From Candidatus Hydrothermales bacterium (GTDB lineage: Bacteria; Hydrothermota; Hydrothermia; Hydrothermales; JAJRUZ01), in NCBI GenBank assembly GCA_039630575.1, contig JBCNUW010000004.1:36146-100145 (forward strand): a stretch of 64,000 nucleotides of DNA, written 5' to 3'. This document shows, piece by piece, positions 29,709-39,650 of the stretch. The position numbers were made by a program, and so were the translations under genes. Under the pieces are notes generated by a model. The model searched no databases. It was given only the letters and a program-made list of their open reading frames with translations, and was not told the DNA's origin. Within the stretch, counting starts at the first letter, position 1. Every line of letters starts with the position of its first letter.

Positions 29709-30655
29709 TTTAATTCAAAGAGAACTCCTAAATCAGGCTCTGTATAAATGAAAGCTAAATTTTTTAGGACTCGAACAATAGCCAAATAAGGTAAATCACT
29801 TATTTCCTTAGACTTTTTATACTTTGGAAGCCTTAAATCAAAATCACTTTCCTTTAAAAAGTCCGCATCAAGATGCTGAATACAAAAACTTTTAAATAAA
29901 TTAGGTACTTCTTCTTTGTTATTATTAATATAATCAAGTGCTAAATCCCATACTTCCCTAAATCTCTCCATTGCCTTTCTGTTGTAAGCTAAGGTAACCT
30001 TAGAGCATAAAACACTTCCGATTACAAAATTTTCTCCAAAAAAATCTTTAAATACGTCCTCTATTAAAATATTTGCTTTGTTTTTAACAAAATATTCTTT
30101 AATAGGGTAATATATGAGCACAGCACCCTCACTCACTTGAGGCATAACTGTTGTGTATTCAAGAAAATTATTTAAGTTAAAGGCATAATTCTCAACAAGT
30201 TTTCTACCGACCACTCTTCCTTCCATCCTTTGAGAAGGTGCGTAAAATGGAAAATTTTTTATATCGTCTATCTTTTTTAACTTTCCGAAACCAAAAATTG
30301 AAGCATAAGAGAAATCCTCATCAACAGTAACATCGGCAATTATTCTATAATTATCAATTTCTTCCCTTTCTCTTATGAATAAATCAACAGAGGGAAAACC
30401 AACAACTATATCAACTTTTCCCCTTTTTAAATTATCAAGAAGCTCATAAGAGTAAGATTTAATTACTTCTGGTTCTAACTTAAGTTTTTCAAAAATTTTC
30501 TTCTCAAGCGCAACAAAAAGTGGAAAACTTGCAACCGATGGGAAATAGGCAATCTTTACCTTAACTGTTTTGCCTCTTTGTATCAAAGGGTATTGAATTA
30601 TATAAACAAGAACAAGAAACAATATAAAATTTAAAAGGTAAAATATTTTTTTCAT
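29705..30655 (-). CDS. membrane-anchored ABC substrate-binding protein (NMT1/SsuA-like), divergent
   Basis: N-terminal TM, VKIAY..PLFVALEKKIFEK, GKVD. Confidence 0.6.
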   Translation of the reverse strand: MKKIFYLLNFILFLVLVYIIQYPLIQRGKTVKVKIAYFPSVASFPLFVALEKKIFEKLKLEPEVIKSYSYELLDNLKRGKVDIVVGFPSVDLFIREREEIDNYRIIADVTVDEDFSYASIFGFGKLKKIDDIKNFPFYAPSQRMEGRVVGRKLVENYAFNLNNFLEYTTVMPQVSEGAVLIYYPIKEYFVKNKANILIEDVFKDFFGENFVIGSVLCSKVTLAYNRKAMERFREVWDLALDYINNNKEEVPNLFKSFCIQHLDADFLKESDFDLRLPKYKKSKEISDLPYLAIVRVLKNLAFIYTEPDLGVLFELK

Positions 30656-30670
30656 TTTCTTTTAATTTTT

Positions 30671-30688
30671 AAAGGCTTTGAACCCTTT
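30671..30688 (-). promoter_or_regulatory. tRNA T-arm-like leader hairpin #5 (SBP-purN-dnaE operon)
   Basis: Minus strand AAAGGG-TTCAAAG-CCTTT right after TTGATA-N18-TAAAAT; no SD before ATG 30655. Confidence 0.65.
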
Positions 30689-30750
30689 TATGATTTTAAA
30701 TCAATTTGAAGTTTATTATCAAATCCTTTATAATTTAAACTTTATAAATA

Positions 30751-31440
30751 ATGAAGAGAGAATTTTGTGTAATTGGAATTGGAAGATTTGGAAGACTACT
30801 CATAGAGTATCTTACCAAACTGGGAGCTAAAGTTGTTGCTGTCGATAAGAATGAAGAAAAGGTTCTTTCTGTTCAAGAATTTGTTTTTGAATCATACGTA
30901 ATGGATACAACTAATGAAAAAGCACTTAAAACGCTTGATATTAAAGATTTTGATGCTATACTCGTCACAATTACAAGTAATATTGAGTCTAGCATACTAA
31001 CCTGTGTAATTCTAAAAGAGATGGGAGCAAGGAGGATAATAGCAAGGGTAAGAGACGAGTTACATTTTAAAATCCTCGATAAACTTGGTATTTCAAATAT
31101 AATTTTTCCTGAAAAGGCGATGGCTGAAAAAATTGCAAAAAACCTAGTCTCTCCAGGTCTTCTTGAAATAATTGAAGTATCCGATAAATATGTGCTTGAA
31201 GAAAGAGCTTCTTTACCTATATTTTCAAACAAAAAATTATCAGAATTAGAATTCCGATCAAAATTCGGTGTAAACATAATCGCGATAAAAAGGAAAATTC
31301 CGGAAGTCAATGAAAGGGGGAAAACTATTATAAAAGATGAAATAATAATCGGCCCTGGTGGAGACGAAGAGATAAAAGACGGAGATATACTTTTTGTTTT
31401 AGGTGAAAAGGAAAAAGTTGAAAACCTTTTTTCAAAATGA
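30751..31440 (+). CDS. TrkA/KtrA potassium uptake regulatory subunit
   Basis: VIGIGRFG Rossmann, IFPE, RCK_C domain (FGVNIIAIKR, GDILFVLG). Confidence 0.9.
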   Translation: MKREFCVIGIGRFGRLLIEYLTKLGAKVVAVDKNEEKVLSVQEFVFESYVMDTTNEKALKTLDIKDFDAILVTITSNIESSILTCVILKEMGARRIIARVRDELHFKILDKLGISNIIFPEKAMAEKIAKNLVSPGLLEIIEVSDKYVLEERASLPIFSNKKLSELEFRSKFGVNIIAIKRKIPEVNERGKTIIKDEIIIGPGGDEEIKDGDILFVLGEKEKVENLFSK

Positions 31441-31685
31441 AAGAAGATTTACTCGATCAAGCTAAACTTTTGATTCTTTCACAAAATTATAGAAAAGCTA
31501 AGGAAATTCTTGAAAAACTTTATAAGAATAATCCATCTGACACCGAGATAATGTATCACCTTGCTCTTGTTAAGGAAATTCTCTATGAAAGGGAAGAAGC
31601 AATAATTCTTTACAAAAAAATATTAGAAGTAATTCCTGATCATAAAGAAGCAAAAGAAAGACTTCAAAAGATCATGGAAGAATAG
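31437..31685 (+). CDS. small TPR protein
   Basis: TPR helix pairs; ATGA-coupled to trkA. Confidence 0.75.
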   Translation: MKEDLLDQAKLLILSQNYRKAKEILEKLYKNNPSDTEIMYHLALVKEILYEREEAIILYKKILEVIPDHKEAKERLQKIMEE

Positions 31686-34253
31686 ATGAATTTACTTAAT
31701 TTACTGAGTCAAGCAAAGAGTATAAACGATTTAATCGGAAATTTAAAAATTTATTTAGAGGAAACCCTTTCATCTGAGGTAAATCTTATAGATACAGAAA
31801 AAATTAAGGATATACTTAATGTAGCAGATCTAAAGAAAATATTGATAGATAAAGAAAAAGTTATTAAAAATGAAAAAGTCTATATTCCACTTAAAGATGA
31901 GGAAAAAATTTATACAATCATTTCTTTCCAAAAAAAAGAGAGTGAAAAAATTGAGGAAATTGAAAATATATTAACTCTCACAAGTGTTTTTCTTAAAAAT
32001 TATAGGCTCTTTGAAGATGCAAAAAATGAAATTTTTAAGTTAAATTTTCTCTTTAACTTCCATAGATCCCTTGAATCACAAATAAAGGAAAATATAGAAA
32101 ACTCCCTTAAAGAACTTTCATATCTTTTAAACTTAAAGGGACTTTACTTTAAATCAAAAAATCTTTTAATCAAAATAGGATCTTTAGACAAATTAGATGA
32201 TGAAAAATTATATAAAACTTTACCTAGTTTTGAAACTAAGGGAGAATATTTAGAGTTTGATGAATTAAAACTCTTTTGTTTTTTAAAGGAAAAAACAATT
32301 TTACTTGCTGAAAAGGAATATCTATTTGAGGATGAGAGGGAGTTTTTAATTTCTATTTTAGAACTAACAGAAGAATGGTATGAAGAAAAACTCCCCGTAT
32401 CTTATGAGCTGTTAGATAAGGTAATACACTTAGAACTCAACGATTCTTTAAAATTCCTTAAAAACTTTCTTAATGAAAAGTTTAATCTGAAAGAATGTGA
32501 AATTTATATAAAAGAAGATGAAAAGTATAAGTCTATAGCAGAAAGAATTAACTTTGAGGAAAGGGAAGATTTAAATTTTTATAAATTAAAAGGTAGACAA
32601 GGTGAATATTTAATCTCCTTTACTGGAGAAAAAAAAGAAATTCCCTTAAACTTACTTTCAATTATTTTAGACCTTTTAACAATTAAAAGGAAAAATGAGG
32701 AATTAGATAAGCTTAAAAGAGTGTTAATAAGAATTATGGAAGTTATTACCCATATTGAAAACATAGATGAAATTCTTTATCACGTTTGCTTTATTATAAA
32801 AGAAGAATTAGATATAGTTTATGCTGGATTTCTTTTAAGGGAAGAAGAAGATTATCTTAGAATGAAGGTTGGTATTGGTTATGAGGATTATGAGAAACTT
32901 TTAAAAAGAAAGTTAAAAATTGGACTTGAAGGTTTATCAGGATTTGCAGCACATACAAAAGAGATTGTATACTCACCTGATGTTTCAAAGGATGCAAGGT
33001 ATATTCCAGCCTCTCCTATTGTGAAATCAGAGGTTGCATTACCAATGATTGTTGATAATAAAGTGATAGGTGTGATGATTATATCATCACCAAAAATAGA
33101 TGGCTTTTCAAAAGAAGACATAGAGACATTTGAAAAAATATCAAAATTTGCTTCTTACTTTCTTAAATATAGGAAAATCATTGATGAACTTAAAAAAAAT
33201 TTATCTTCATTAAAGGAAGAGGAAGAGTTTATAGATGTGATTCTTAAAAACATCCCTATAGGAATAATCTATGCTGAAAGAGATCTCTATATAAAAAGAG
33301 TTAATTATGCAGCTATTTATACTTTAAAACTAAAAGAAGAGGAAATAAAGGGAACAATTTTATGTAAGATTTTTGAAGAACATGAACCTGGAGATCCTAA
33401 TTGCATATTTAAAAAAAGTTTAGAGGAAAGGATACCTTTAGTAAAGAGAAATGTTGAAGTAAAAAAAGGTGAAGAAGTTTTACCTCTTTCTCTTTCCTCA
33501 ACTTTTATATATGAAAAAGAAAAAATAAAGGGACTCATACTCATGATTGAGGATATAAAGGAGGTAGTTGCTTTAGAAGAACAGCTTAGAAGGTCAGAAA
33601 GACTTTCAGCAATTGGTAGAATAGCAGCACATATGGCTCATGAAATTAAAAATCCTCTTGCAAGTATCTCTGTTGGAATAGAATACATTTACTCAAGTTT
33701 AGAAGAAGATGATCCTAAGAAAAAGCACCTTGGGGTAATATTGAAAGAAATATCAAGGCTTGATAGGTTAATAAAAAACCTTCTTTCTTTTGCAAGAAGA
33801 CCCCCCTTAAAGAGAAAAAGAGTAAATTTAAGAGACATGATAGAGGAACTTGCGATATTTTTCGGTCAGGAATTAAAAGAAAAGAAAATAGAGCTAGATT
33901 TAAGCTTACCAGAATATGATACTATTGCTTTTGTTGATGAAGATCAGATGAAAGAGGTAATGGAAAACTTAATTAGAAACGCAATTGAGGCAATGCCAGA
34001 CGGGGGGAAATTAGCTATATCTTTAGGAGAAAAGAAAGGAGGAACAATTTTTATTACTGTTGAGGATACAGGAGTTGGAGTAGAGCCTTCTGAATTAGCT
34101 CACATTTTTGAGCCCTTTTATACTACTAAAAAGGGTGGTTCAGGACTAGGACTTTCAATTGTACATAGAATATTGGAGGACCATGGAGCCAAGATAAACG
34201 TAGAAAGCGAAAAGGGGAAAGGTACGAAATTTTTAATTGATTTACCAAAATAA
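31686..34253 (+). CDS. cytoplasmic GAF-PAS sensor histidine kinase
   Basis: GAF (PDVSKDARY, SEVALP), PAS, AHEIKNPL H-box, NAIEA, DTGVG, GSGLGL. Confidence 0.92.
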   Translation: MNLLNLLSQAKSINDLIGNLKIYLEETLSSEVNLIDTEKIKDILNVADLKKILIDKEKVIKNEKVYIPLKDEEKIYTIISFQKKESEKIEEIENILTLTSVFLKNYRLFEDAKNEIFKLNFLFNFHRSLESQIKENIENSLKELSYLLNLKGLYFKSKNLLIKIGSLDKLDDEKLYKTLPSFETKGEYLEFDELKLFCFLKEKTILLAEKEYLFEDEREFLISILELTEEWYEEKLPVSYELLDKVIHLELNDSLKFLKNFLNEKFNLKECEIYIKEDEKYKSIAERINFEEREDLNFYKLKGRQGEYLISFTGEKKEIPLNLLSIILDLLTIKRKNEELDKLKRVLIRIMEVITHIENIDEILYHVCFIIKEELDIVYAGFLLREEEDYLRMKVGIGYEDYEKLLKRKLKIGLEGLSGFAAHTKEIVYSPDVSKDARYIPASPIVKSEVALPMIVDNKVIGVMIISSPKIDGFSKEDIETFEKISKFASYFLKYRKIIDELKKNLSSLKEEEEFIDVILKNIPIGIIYAERDLYIKRVNYAAIYTLKLKEEEIKGTILCKIFEEHEPGDPNCIFKKSLEERIPLVKRNVEVKKGEEVLPLSLSSTFIYEKEKIKGLILMIEDIKEVVALEEQLRRSERLSAIGRIAAHMAHEIKNPLASISVGIEYIYSSLEEDDPKKKHLGVILKEISRLDRLIKNLLSFARRPPLKRKRVNLRDMIEELAIFFGQELKEKKIELDLSLPEYDTIAFVDEDQMKEVMENLIRNAIEAMPDGGKLAISLGEKKGGTIFITVEDTGVGVEPSELAHIFEPFYTTKKGGSGLGLSIVHRILEDHGAKINVESEKGKGTKFLIDLPK

Positions 34254-34279
34254 AGAGCTTAAAATATAAGTATTAAATT

Positions 34280-35767
34280 ATGAAAGAAGAAAAATGGAGA
34301 ATACTTGTAGTAGATGATGAAGAGACTTTAGCAAATTTCATTGTAAAGAATATTACTCAGGATAACTTGGATTATGAGGTGAGGGTAGCAAACAGCGGAA
34401 ATGATGCCTTGAAAATAATTGAGGGTTTTTTACCTCATTTAATTCTTCAGGATATAAAACTGCCTGACATTACGGGAATTGAAATTTTAAAAGCTGCTAA
34501 GGCTTTAGATCCTGATGTTCAAGTTATAATGATGACAGCTTACGCTTCTCTTGAGACTTCTATTGAAGCTTTAAAGGCTGGTGCCTACGATTATCTTATA
34601 AAACCCTTTAAAGTTGAGACACTTAAAAATACTATAAAAAACGCTCTTGGTAAAAGAAAATTGCAAGAGGAAAATAAAAAACTTTTAAGTGAACTTGCAA
34701 GATTAAATAAAGAGTTAACGATAGCAAATGAGAGGTTAAAAATTGCAAAAGCTGATGTAGATAGAAAACTTGAGGAAAAAATTAAAAAACTTTCAAAAAT
34801 TCTTTCTTGGAGTGACAAACTTCAATCGGAAATTAATTTTGAGAAACTTTTATCCCTAATTTTAAAAGGGGTAATGGAGGTAGCAGAAAAACAGGATTGT
34901 GCGATTCTTATTAAAGAAAACGGCAGTTTTGAAGTGAATGAAGTATACGGTTTTGATAATGTTATTAAAAAAGAAGATAAGTTAAGCCTGGAAAATGAAA
35001 AGGAAAGTTATATTATTAAATATAAGGAGGGTGAAATTAGAGAAATTATAGTTATCCCGATGGAGACAAAGGAGGAGTTAATAGGTGTTTTGATTGTTGG
35101 AAATAGAACTACGGAGAACTTAGAAGAAATAAAAGAGGAACTTTTAATATTTGCGAAACAAGCAGCTTCTTCACTTCAAAATGCTCTTTTATTTAAAAAA
35201 CTTGAGAGGAGCTATATAGAGTCACTTATGGCACTTGTAAGAGCAACAGAGGCAAAGGATCCATCTTTAAGGGGACACTCACAAAGAGTCTCGGATCTTG
35301 CTGTTAGACTCTCAAAGAAATTTAATCTCTCAGAAGAGGAAATTAAAAACATAAGGTATGCTGCTTTACTTCACGATGTGGGTAAGATTGGTATAAAGGA
35401 ATATTTACTTGATAAGCCTGGAACACTCTCACGAGAGGAAATGGAGTTAATGAAAGAGCATATAAATATAGGTATTGAAATTTTAAAACCTGTTGCCTTT
35501 TTAAAACAAGTTTTACCATTAATAAAATATCATCATGAAAACTGGGATGGTTCTGGATACCCCGAGCAGCTAAAAGGAGAGGAAATTCCGTTAGGTTCTC
35601 AAATTATATCCATATGTGATGCCTACGATGCAATTACTCATGAAAGAAGTTACGCTGATAAATTGAGTAAAAAGGAGGCAATGGAACTTTTAAAAAATTT
35701 AAAGGGAAATAAATTTAATCCAATAGTTGTAGATAAATTTATAGAGTTATTGGAGGAAACTTTATGA
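34280..35767 (+). CDS. response regulator with GAF and HD-GYP phosphodiesterase domain
   Basis: REC (VVDDE, DIKLP, KP), LLHDVGK, HHENWDGSGYP. Confidence 0.92.
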   Translation: MKEEKWRILVVDDEETLANFIVKNITQDNLDYEVRVANSGNDALKIIEGFLPHLILQDIKLPDITGIEILKAAKALDPDVQVIMMTAYASLETSIEALKAGAYDYLIKPFKVETLKNTIKNALGKRKLQEENKKLLSELARLNKELTIANERLKIAKADVDRKLEEKIKKLSKILSWSDKLQSEINFEKLLSLILKGVMEVAEKQDCAILIKENGSFEVNEVYGFDNVIKKEDKLSLENEKESYIIKYKEGEIREIIVIPMETKEELIGVLIVGNRTTENLEEIKEELLIFAKQAASSLQNALLFKKLERSYIESLMALVRATEAKDPSLRGHSQRVSDLAVRLSKKFNLSEEEIKNIRYAALLHDVGKIGIKEYLLDKPGTLSREEMELMKEHINIGIEILKPVAFLKQVLPLIKYHHENWDGSGYPEQLKGEEIPLGSQIISICDAYDAITHERSYADKLSKKEAMELLKNLKGNKFNPIVVDKFIELLEETL

Positions 35768-36132
35768 AAAGAATAAAAATTTTAGTTGTTGAGGATGAAG
35801 GACCTTTGTCCTTTTTTGTAACCCAGAGTTTAAAAGAGGAACATGACGTTATTCTAGCAAGAACAGGAGAGGAGGCTCTAGAAAAATTCGCTCCAGGAGA
35901 GTTTGATCTAATAATAACTGACATAAAATTGCCAGGAATGTCAGGGCTTGAATTACTTTCAAAAATCCAATTACAGGATCCTAATATAAAATCTATTGTA
36001 GTAACAGCCTATGATTCATTCGAAACAAGGGAAAAGGTTAAAAACTTAAATGCAGATTTTTTCCTTCCAAAACCATTTACAGTCCAAACTTTAAGAGAAG
36101 CTATAAAAAAATTATTCAAAGAAGAAAATTGA
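35764..36132 (+). CDS. single-domain response regulator
   Basis: VVEDE, DIKLPGMSG, TAY, KPF. Confidence 0.9.
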   Translation: MKRIKILVVEDEGPLSFFVTQSLKEEHDVILARTGEEALEKFAPGEFDLIITDIKLPGMSGLELLSKIQLQDPNIKSIVVTAYDSFETREKVKNLNADFFLPKPFTVQTLREAIKKLFKEEN

Positions 36133-36157
36133 AAAAAAATAATTTAGAAATTATAAT
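36129..36157 (+). promoter_or_regulatory. sigma70 promoter of tRNA-Ile2/folP
   Basis: TTGAAA-N17-TATAAT ending 8 nt before the tRNA. Confidence 0.7.
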
Positions 36158-36165
36158 TAAAAATA

Positions 36166-36238
<73 letters not shown>

Positions 36239-36251
36239 TTCCAATTTCTCT

Positions 36252-37094
36252 TTGATCTTTTCCTTTAAAGAAGGTTTTATTAACCTTGATAAACCAAAAA
36301 TTATGGGAATTTTGAATGTGACTCCAGATTCCTTTTTTGATGGTGGAAAATTTTTAGATGTTGATAAAGCTGTGGAATGGGGAAAGTATTTATCAAAGAA
36401 TGGTGCTGACATCTTGGATATTGGGGGTGAATCTACAAGGCCATTTTCAGAAGAAGTGCCAATTGAAATTGAACTAAAAAGAGTAATACCTGTTATTGAA
36501 AAATTAAGAAAAGAAATAGACGTACCAATTTCAATTGATACAAGAAAATCAAAAGTAGCTTTAGAAGCCTTAAAAAAGGGTGCTAACATAGTAAATGATA
36601 TATCAGGACTAAGAGATGATAAAGAAATGGTAGAGGTTGTTAAGAAATTTGATGCAGGTATTGTAATAATGCATATTAGGGGAACACCTAAGGATATGCA
36701 AATTGATCCCCATTATAAAGACACAGTTAAAGAAATAAAGGAAGAGCTAAAAGAAAAAATAAACTATGCCTTAGAGAAAGGTATTAAAAGAGAAAAAATA
36801 GTTATTGATCCTGGAATAGGTTTTGGTAAAAGAGTAGTTGATAATCTTTTAATTTTAAAAAAAATTGAAGAGTTTAAAGAACTTAACTTTCCTATATTAG
36901 TTGGTCATTCAAGAAAATCCTTTATAGGTAAAGTTTTAAACTTAGATAAACCTGAAGATAGGGGAATTCCAACACTTGCTATTTCAGCCTATTTATTTTT
37001 AAAAAATATAAATATTTTAAGAGTTCATGATGTGAAAGAAACAAAGGAAGTTTTCATAATTTTAGATGCCCTTTTAAATCCTGATGGGCATTAA
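36252..37094 (+). CDS. folP: dihydropteroate synthase
   Basis: MGILNVTPDSFFDGG, DIGGESTRP, DPGIGFGK, SRKSF, RVHDV. Confidence 0.96.
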   Translation: MIFSFKEGFINLDKPKIMGILNVTPDSFFDGGKFLDVDKAVEWGKYLSKNGADILDIGGESTRPFSEEVPIEIELKRVIPVIEKLRKEIDVPISIDTRKSKVALEALKKGANIVNDISGLRDDKEMVEVVKKFDAGIVIMHIRGTPKDMQIDPHYKDTVKEIKEELKEKINYALEKGIKREKIVIDPGIGFGKRVVDNLLILKKIEEFKELNFPILVGHSRKSFIGKVLNLDKPEDRGIPTLAISAYLFLKNINILRVHDVKETKEVFIILDALLNPDGH

Positions 37095-38162
37095 AAGATA
37101 AAGATAGTTAGAAGTACTTTCACCCCTTAAAATACAGGCACTTTCACTCCCTGTAATCCCTATAAAAACAACGTCTTCATCAATATGTCTTAAGATTTCA
37201 AGTAAATAGTTGCAGTTAAATCCTATTTCTATCCTTTCACCTTCATAGAACCCCTTTAATTTCTCATAGCCTTCTCCTATTTCACCAGAAACAGCTTTTA
37301 CTGTAAGTGAGTCAGGCGAAAGTGAAAATTGAATAGGATTGTTTGGTGGTGATGTAAAGATGTGAAGTCTTCTTAAAGTTTCCATCAAATCCTGTTTTGA
37401 AATTTTTAAATTGTTTGGTACATCAACAGGGATAACTGCTCTATAATCTGGAAACTTATCGTCAACGAGGTTAACTATTTCGTATCCATTGCTGAAATTA
37501 AATTGAATTTTTGTATCTGAGAAAAGTATCTTTATTTGCTCTTTTTTGTAATTTTTTAAGAAGTCAAAACTTTTTGGGTCAACTAAAAAATTTCCCTCTA
37601 ATCCATTATTCTCTATTTCTATATCATAAACTCCAAGTCTATGAGAATCAGAAGACACAATAGAAAGCCTTTTTCCTTTTACATCAAGTAAAATGTTATT
37701 TAAAAACTGTCTTGAATCATTCTTTGCTACACAGAATGAAACTTTTTCCACACCCTCTAAAATAATATCTGATGAGATAGTTATTTCATTTTTTCCTGTA
37801 ACCTCCTCAACTAAAGGAAATTCCTCTGCTGGTTGAATAAAAAAACTGTACTGTCCTTGTGAAGTGTAAATTATAAGCTCTCTTTCTTCTTTTTTTTCTA
37901 TTAAAATTTTTTCATTCTTAAGCCTTGAAGTTATTTCCTTTAACTCCTTTCCCCTTACACATAATGCTCCTTCTTCCTCAACCTCTACTGATCCCTTAAC
38001 TTTTAAAGAAAAGTTCAGGTTTGTTGAAAAAAGACTAAGTTCATCTCCTTTTGCTTCTAATTTAATATTTTCTAGAATTGGTAAAGCTGCTCTAGACGGA
38101 ACTGCATGGTATACACTTTCAATCATTTTCAAAAATTCATCCTTTGTTATTCTAAATTTCAT
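37074..38162 (-). CDS. dnaN: DNA polymerase III beta sliding clamp
   Basis: LPILENI, SDSHRL, FPDYRAVIP, IGFNCNYL, LLMPIR. Confidence 0.95.
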   Translation of the reverse strand: MKFRITKDEFLKMIESVYHAVPSRAALPILENIKLEAKGDELSLFSTNLNFSLKVKGSVEVEEEGALCVRGKELKEITSRLKNEKILIEKKEERELIIYTSQGQYSFFIQPAEEFPLVEEVTGKNEITISSDIILEGVEKVSFCVAKNDSRQFLNNILLDVKGKRLSIVSSDSHRLGVYDIEIENNGLEGNFLVDPKSFDFLKNYKKEQIKILFSDTKIQFNFSNGYEIVNLVDDKFPDYRAVIPVDVPNNLKISKQDLMETLRRLHIFTSPPNNPIQFSLSPDSLTVKAVSGEIGEGYEKLKGFYEGERIEIGFNCNYLLEILRHIDEDVVFIGITGSESACILRGESTSNYLYLLMPIRI

Positions 38163-38180
38163 AAATTAAAAGTTCATTAT

Positions 38181-38193
38181 AGGATTTGAACCT
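38181..38193 (-). promoter_or_regulatory. tRNA T-arm-like leader hairpin #6 (dnaN)
   Basis: Minus strand AGG-TTCAAAT-CCT, 18 nt before ATG 38162; loop identical to the tRNA-Pro T-loop. Confidence 0.65.
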
Positions 38194-38195
38194 CA

Positions 38196-38326
38196 TTTTA
38201 ATAAAAAATATATAAAATAATTATAATGTTAAAGATGTGGAAATTTAAAACAGCAAGTAATTTAAGTCAAAAGCTTCTTGTGGAAAGTTTGTGGAAAGAG
38301 CATATCCTTGTTTATCCACATAAAAT
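38196..38326. other. oriC, unwinding sub-region between dnaA and dnaN
   Basis: DnaA boxes TTATCCACA (38312), TGTGGAAAG (38279, 38290), TGTGGAAAT (38236), next to trio-like TAA CAT TAT AAT TAT and an AT-only tract. Confidence 0.85.
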
Positions 38327-39649
38327 TCACATTCTTTTTAACATTTTCTCTATATCAAAAATTTCATTTTTTAATTTCTCATCTTTGTTTAATAAACTCT
38401 CAACTTTTTCTATTGCATGGAGGACAGTGGTATGGTCCTTCCCAAAAAATCTTGCAATTTCCACTATGGGCATGTTGAACACATTTTTCATAATAAACAT
38501 ACTTATCTGTCTTGCCTGAACAAGTTCTTTCTTTTGTTTTTTACTCATTATTTCAGTCTTTGGTAAGTTATAATATTCAGAGACAGTCATTAGAACATCT
38601 TGAGGATCATTGGCTAAAGCTTTTGAGAATATATCACTCAAAAACTTATGTGCCAAGGTTAAGTTGATCTTTATGTTTTTTGATGATTGAATTGCATAAA
38701 GTTTAACTATACAGCTTTCGAGTAGCCTAACATTTTTTTTAACATTCTTTGCAATCAACTCAAGAACATCATCTGAAACTTCTAAACCCCTCTCTTGTGC
38801 CTTTAATTTTAAAATAGCTAGCCTTGTTTCATATTCGGGTGGTTTTATGTCAGTTACAAGACCCCATGAGAACCTGTCTACCAATCTTTCAGCAATGTTG
38901 TCGAGTTCCCATGGTGCACGGTCTGCTGTAAATACTACTTGTTTTTTTTCATTATAAAAGGAATTAAAGATGTGAAATAGAGCTTCCTGAGAAAAATCAG
39001 CTCCAGCCAAAAAATGGATATCGTCAATTAATAGAATTTCAAAGGTTCTAATCTTATTTCTAAATTCATTCATTTTTCTTCTTTGAATAGCATCTACAAT
39101 TTTAGAAATAAGGTCTTCAGATGTAATTAATAAAATTTTTGCATTTCTCTTTCTTTTTAAAACATCGTTTCCAATGGCATGGAGTAAATGAGTTTTACCA
39201 AGTCCTACCCCCCCATATATAAAAAAGGGATTATACTCACTACCTGGAGCATGGGCAACAGCTCTTGCTGCTGTATAAGCCATTTCATTATTTTTACCAG
39301 TTACAAAATTTTCAAAAGTATACTTTGAATTTAAACCATACCCTGAAACTTCATTACTTAATTCCTTTACCTCCATTACAGTATCTTTTTCCTCATCTTT
39401 TTTTTCATCTTTCTTTACTTCATATACAAGTTTAACCATAGGATAGCCAAGCTCCATAAGTACTCTTTTTAGCTTCACATCAAATACCTTCTGCATTATA
39501 CTTAACACATAACTATTGTCACAGATTATTCTCATCACATGATCAGGCTCAAGATCTCCTGCCTTTACCTTTTCAAAAAATTTATACTCATTATCAGATA
39601 ATTCTGTTTTTAACTTTTCCTTCATAAGATCCCATAATTTCATCCTCAT
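38327..39649 (-). CDS. dnaA: chromosomal replication initiator DnaA
   Basis: YTFENFV, YNPFFIYGGVGLGKTHL, DDIH, KDHTTVLHA; ATG 39649 with AGGAGG RBS. Confidence 0.97.
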   Translation of the reverse strand: MRMKLWDLMKEKLKTELSDNEYKFFEKVKAGDLEPDHVMRIICDNSYVLSIMQKVFDVKLKRVLMELGYPMVKLVYEVKKDEKKDEEKDTVMEVKELSNEVSGYGLNSKYTFENFVTGKNNEMAYTAARAVAHAPGSEYNPFFIYGGVGLGKTHLLHAIGNDVLKRKRNAKILLITSEDLISKIVDAIQRRKMNEFRNKIRTFEILLIDDIHFLAGADFSQEALFHIFNSFYNEKKQVVFTADRAPWELDNIAERLVDRFSWGLVTDIKPPEYETRLAILKLKAQERGLEVSDDVLELIAKNVKKNVRLLESCIVKLYAIQSSKNIKINLTLAHKFLSDIFSKALANDPQDVLMTVSEYYNLPKTEIMSKKQKKELVQARQISMFIMKNVFNMPIVEIARFFGKDHTTVLHAIEKVESLLNKDEKLKNEIFDIEKMLKRM

Positions 39650-39650
39650 T

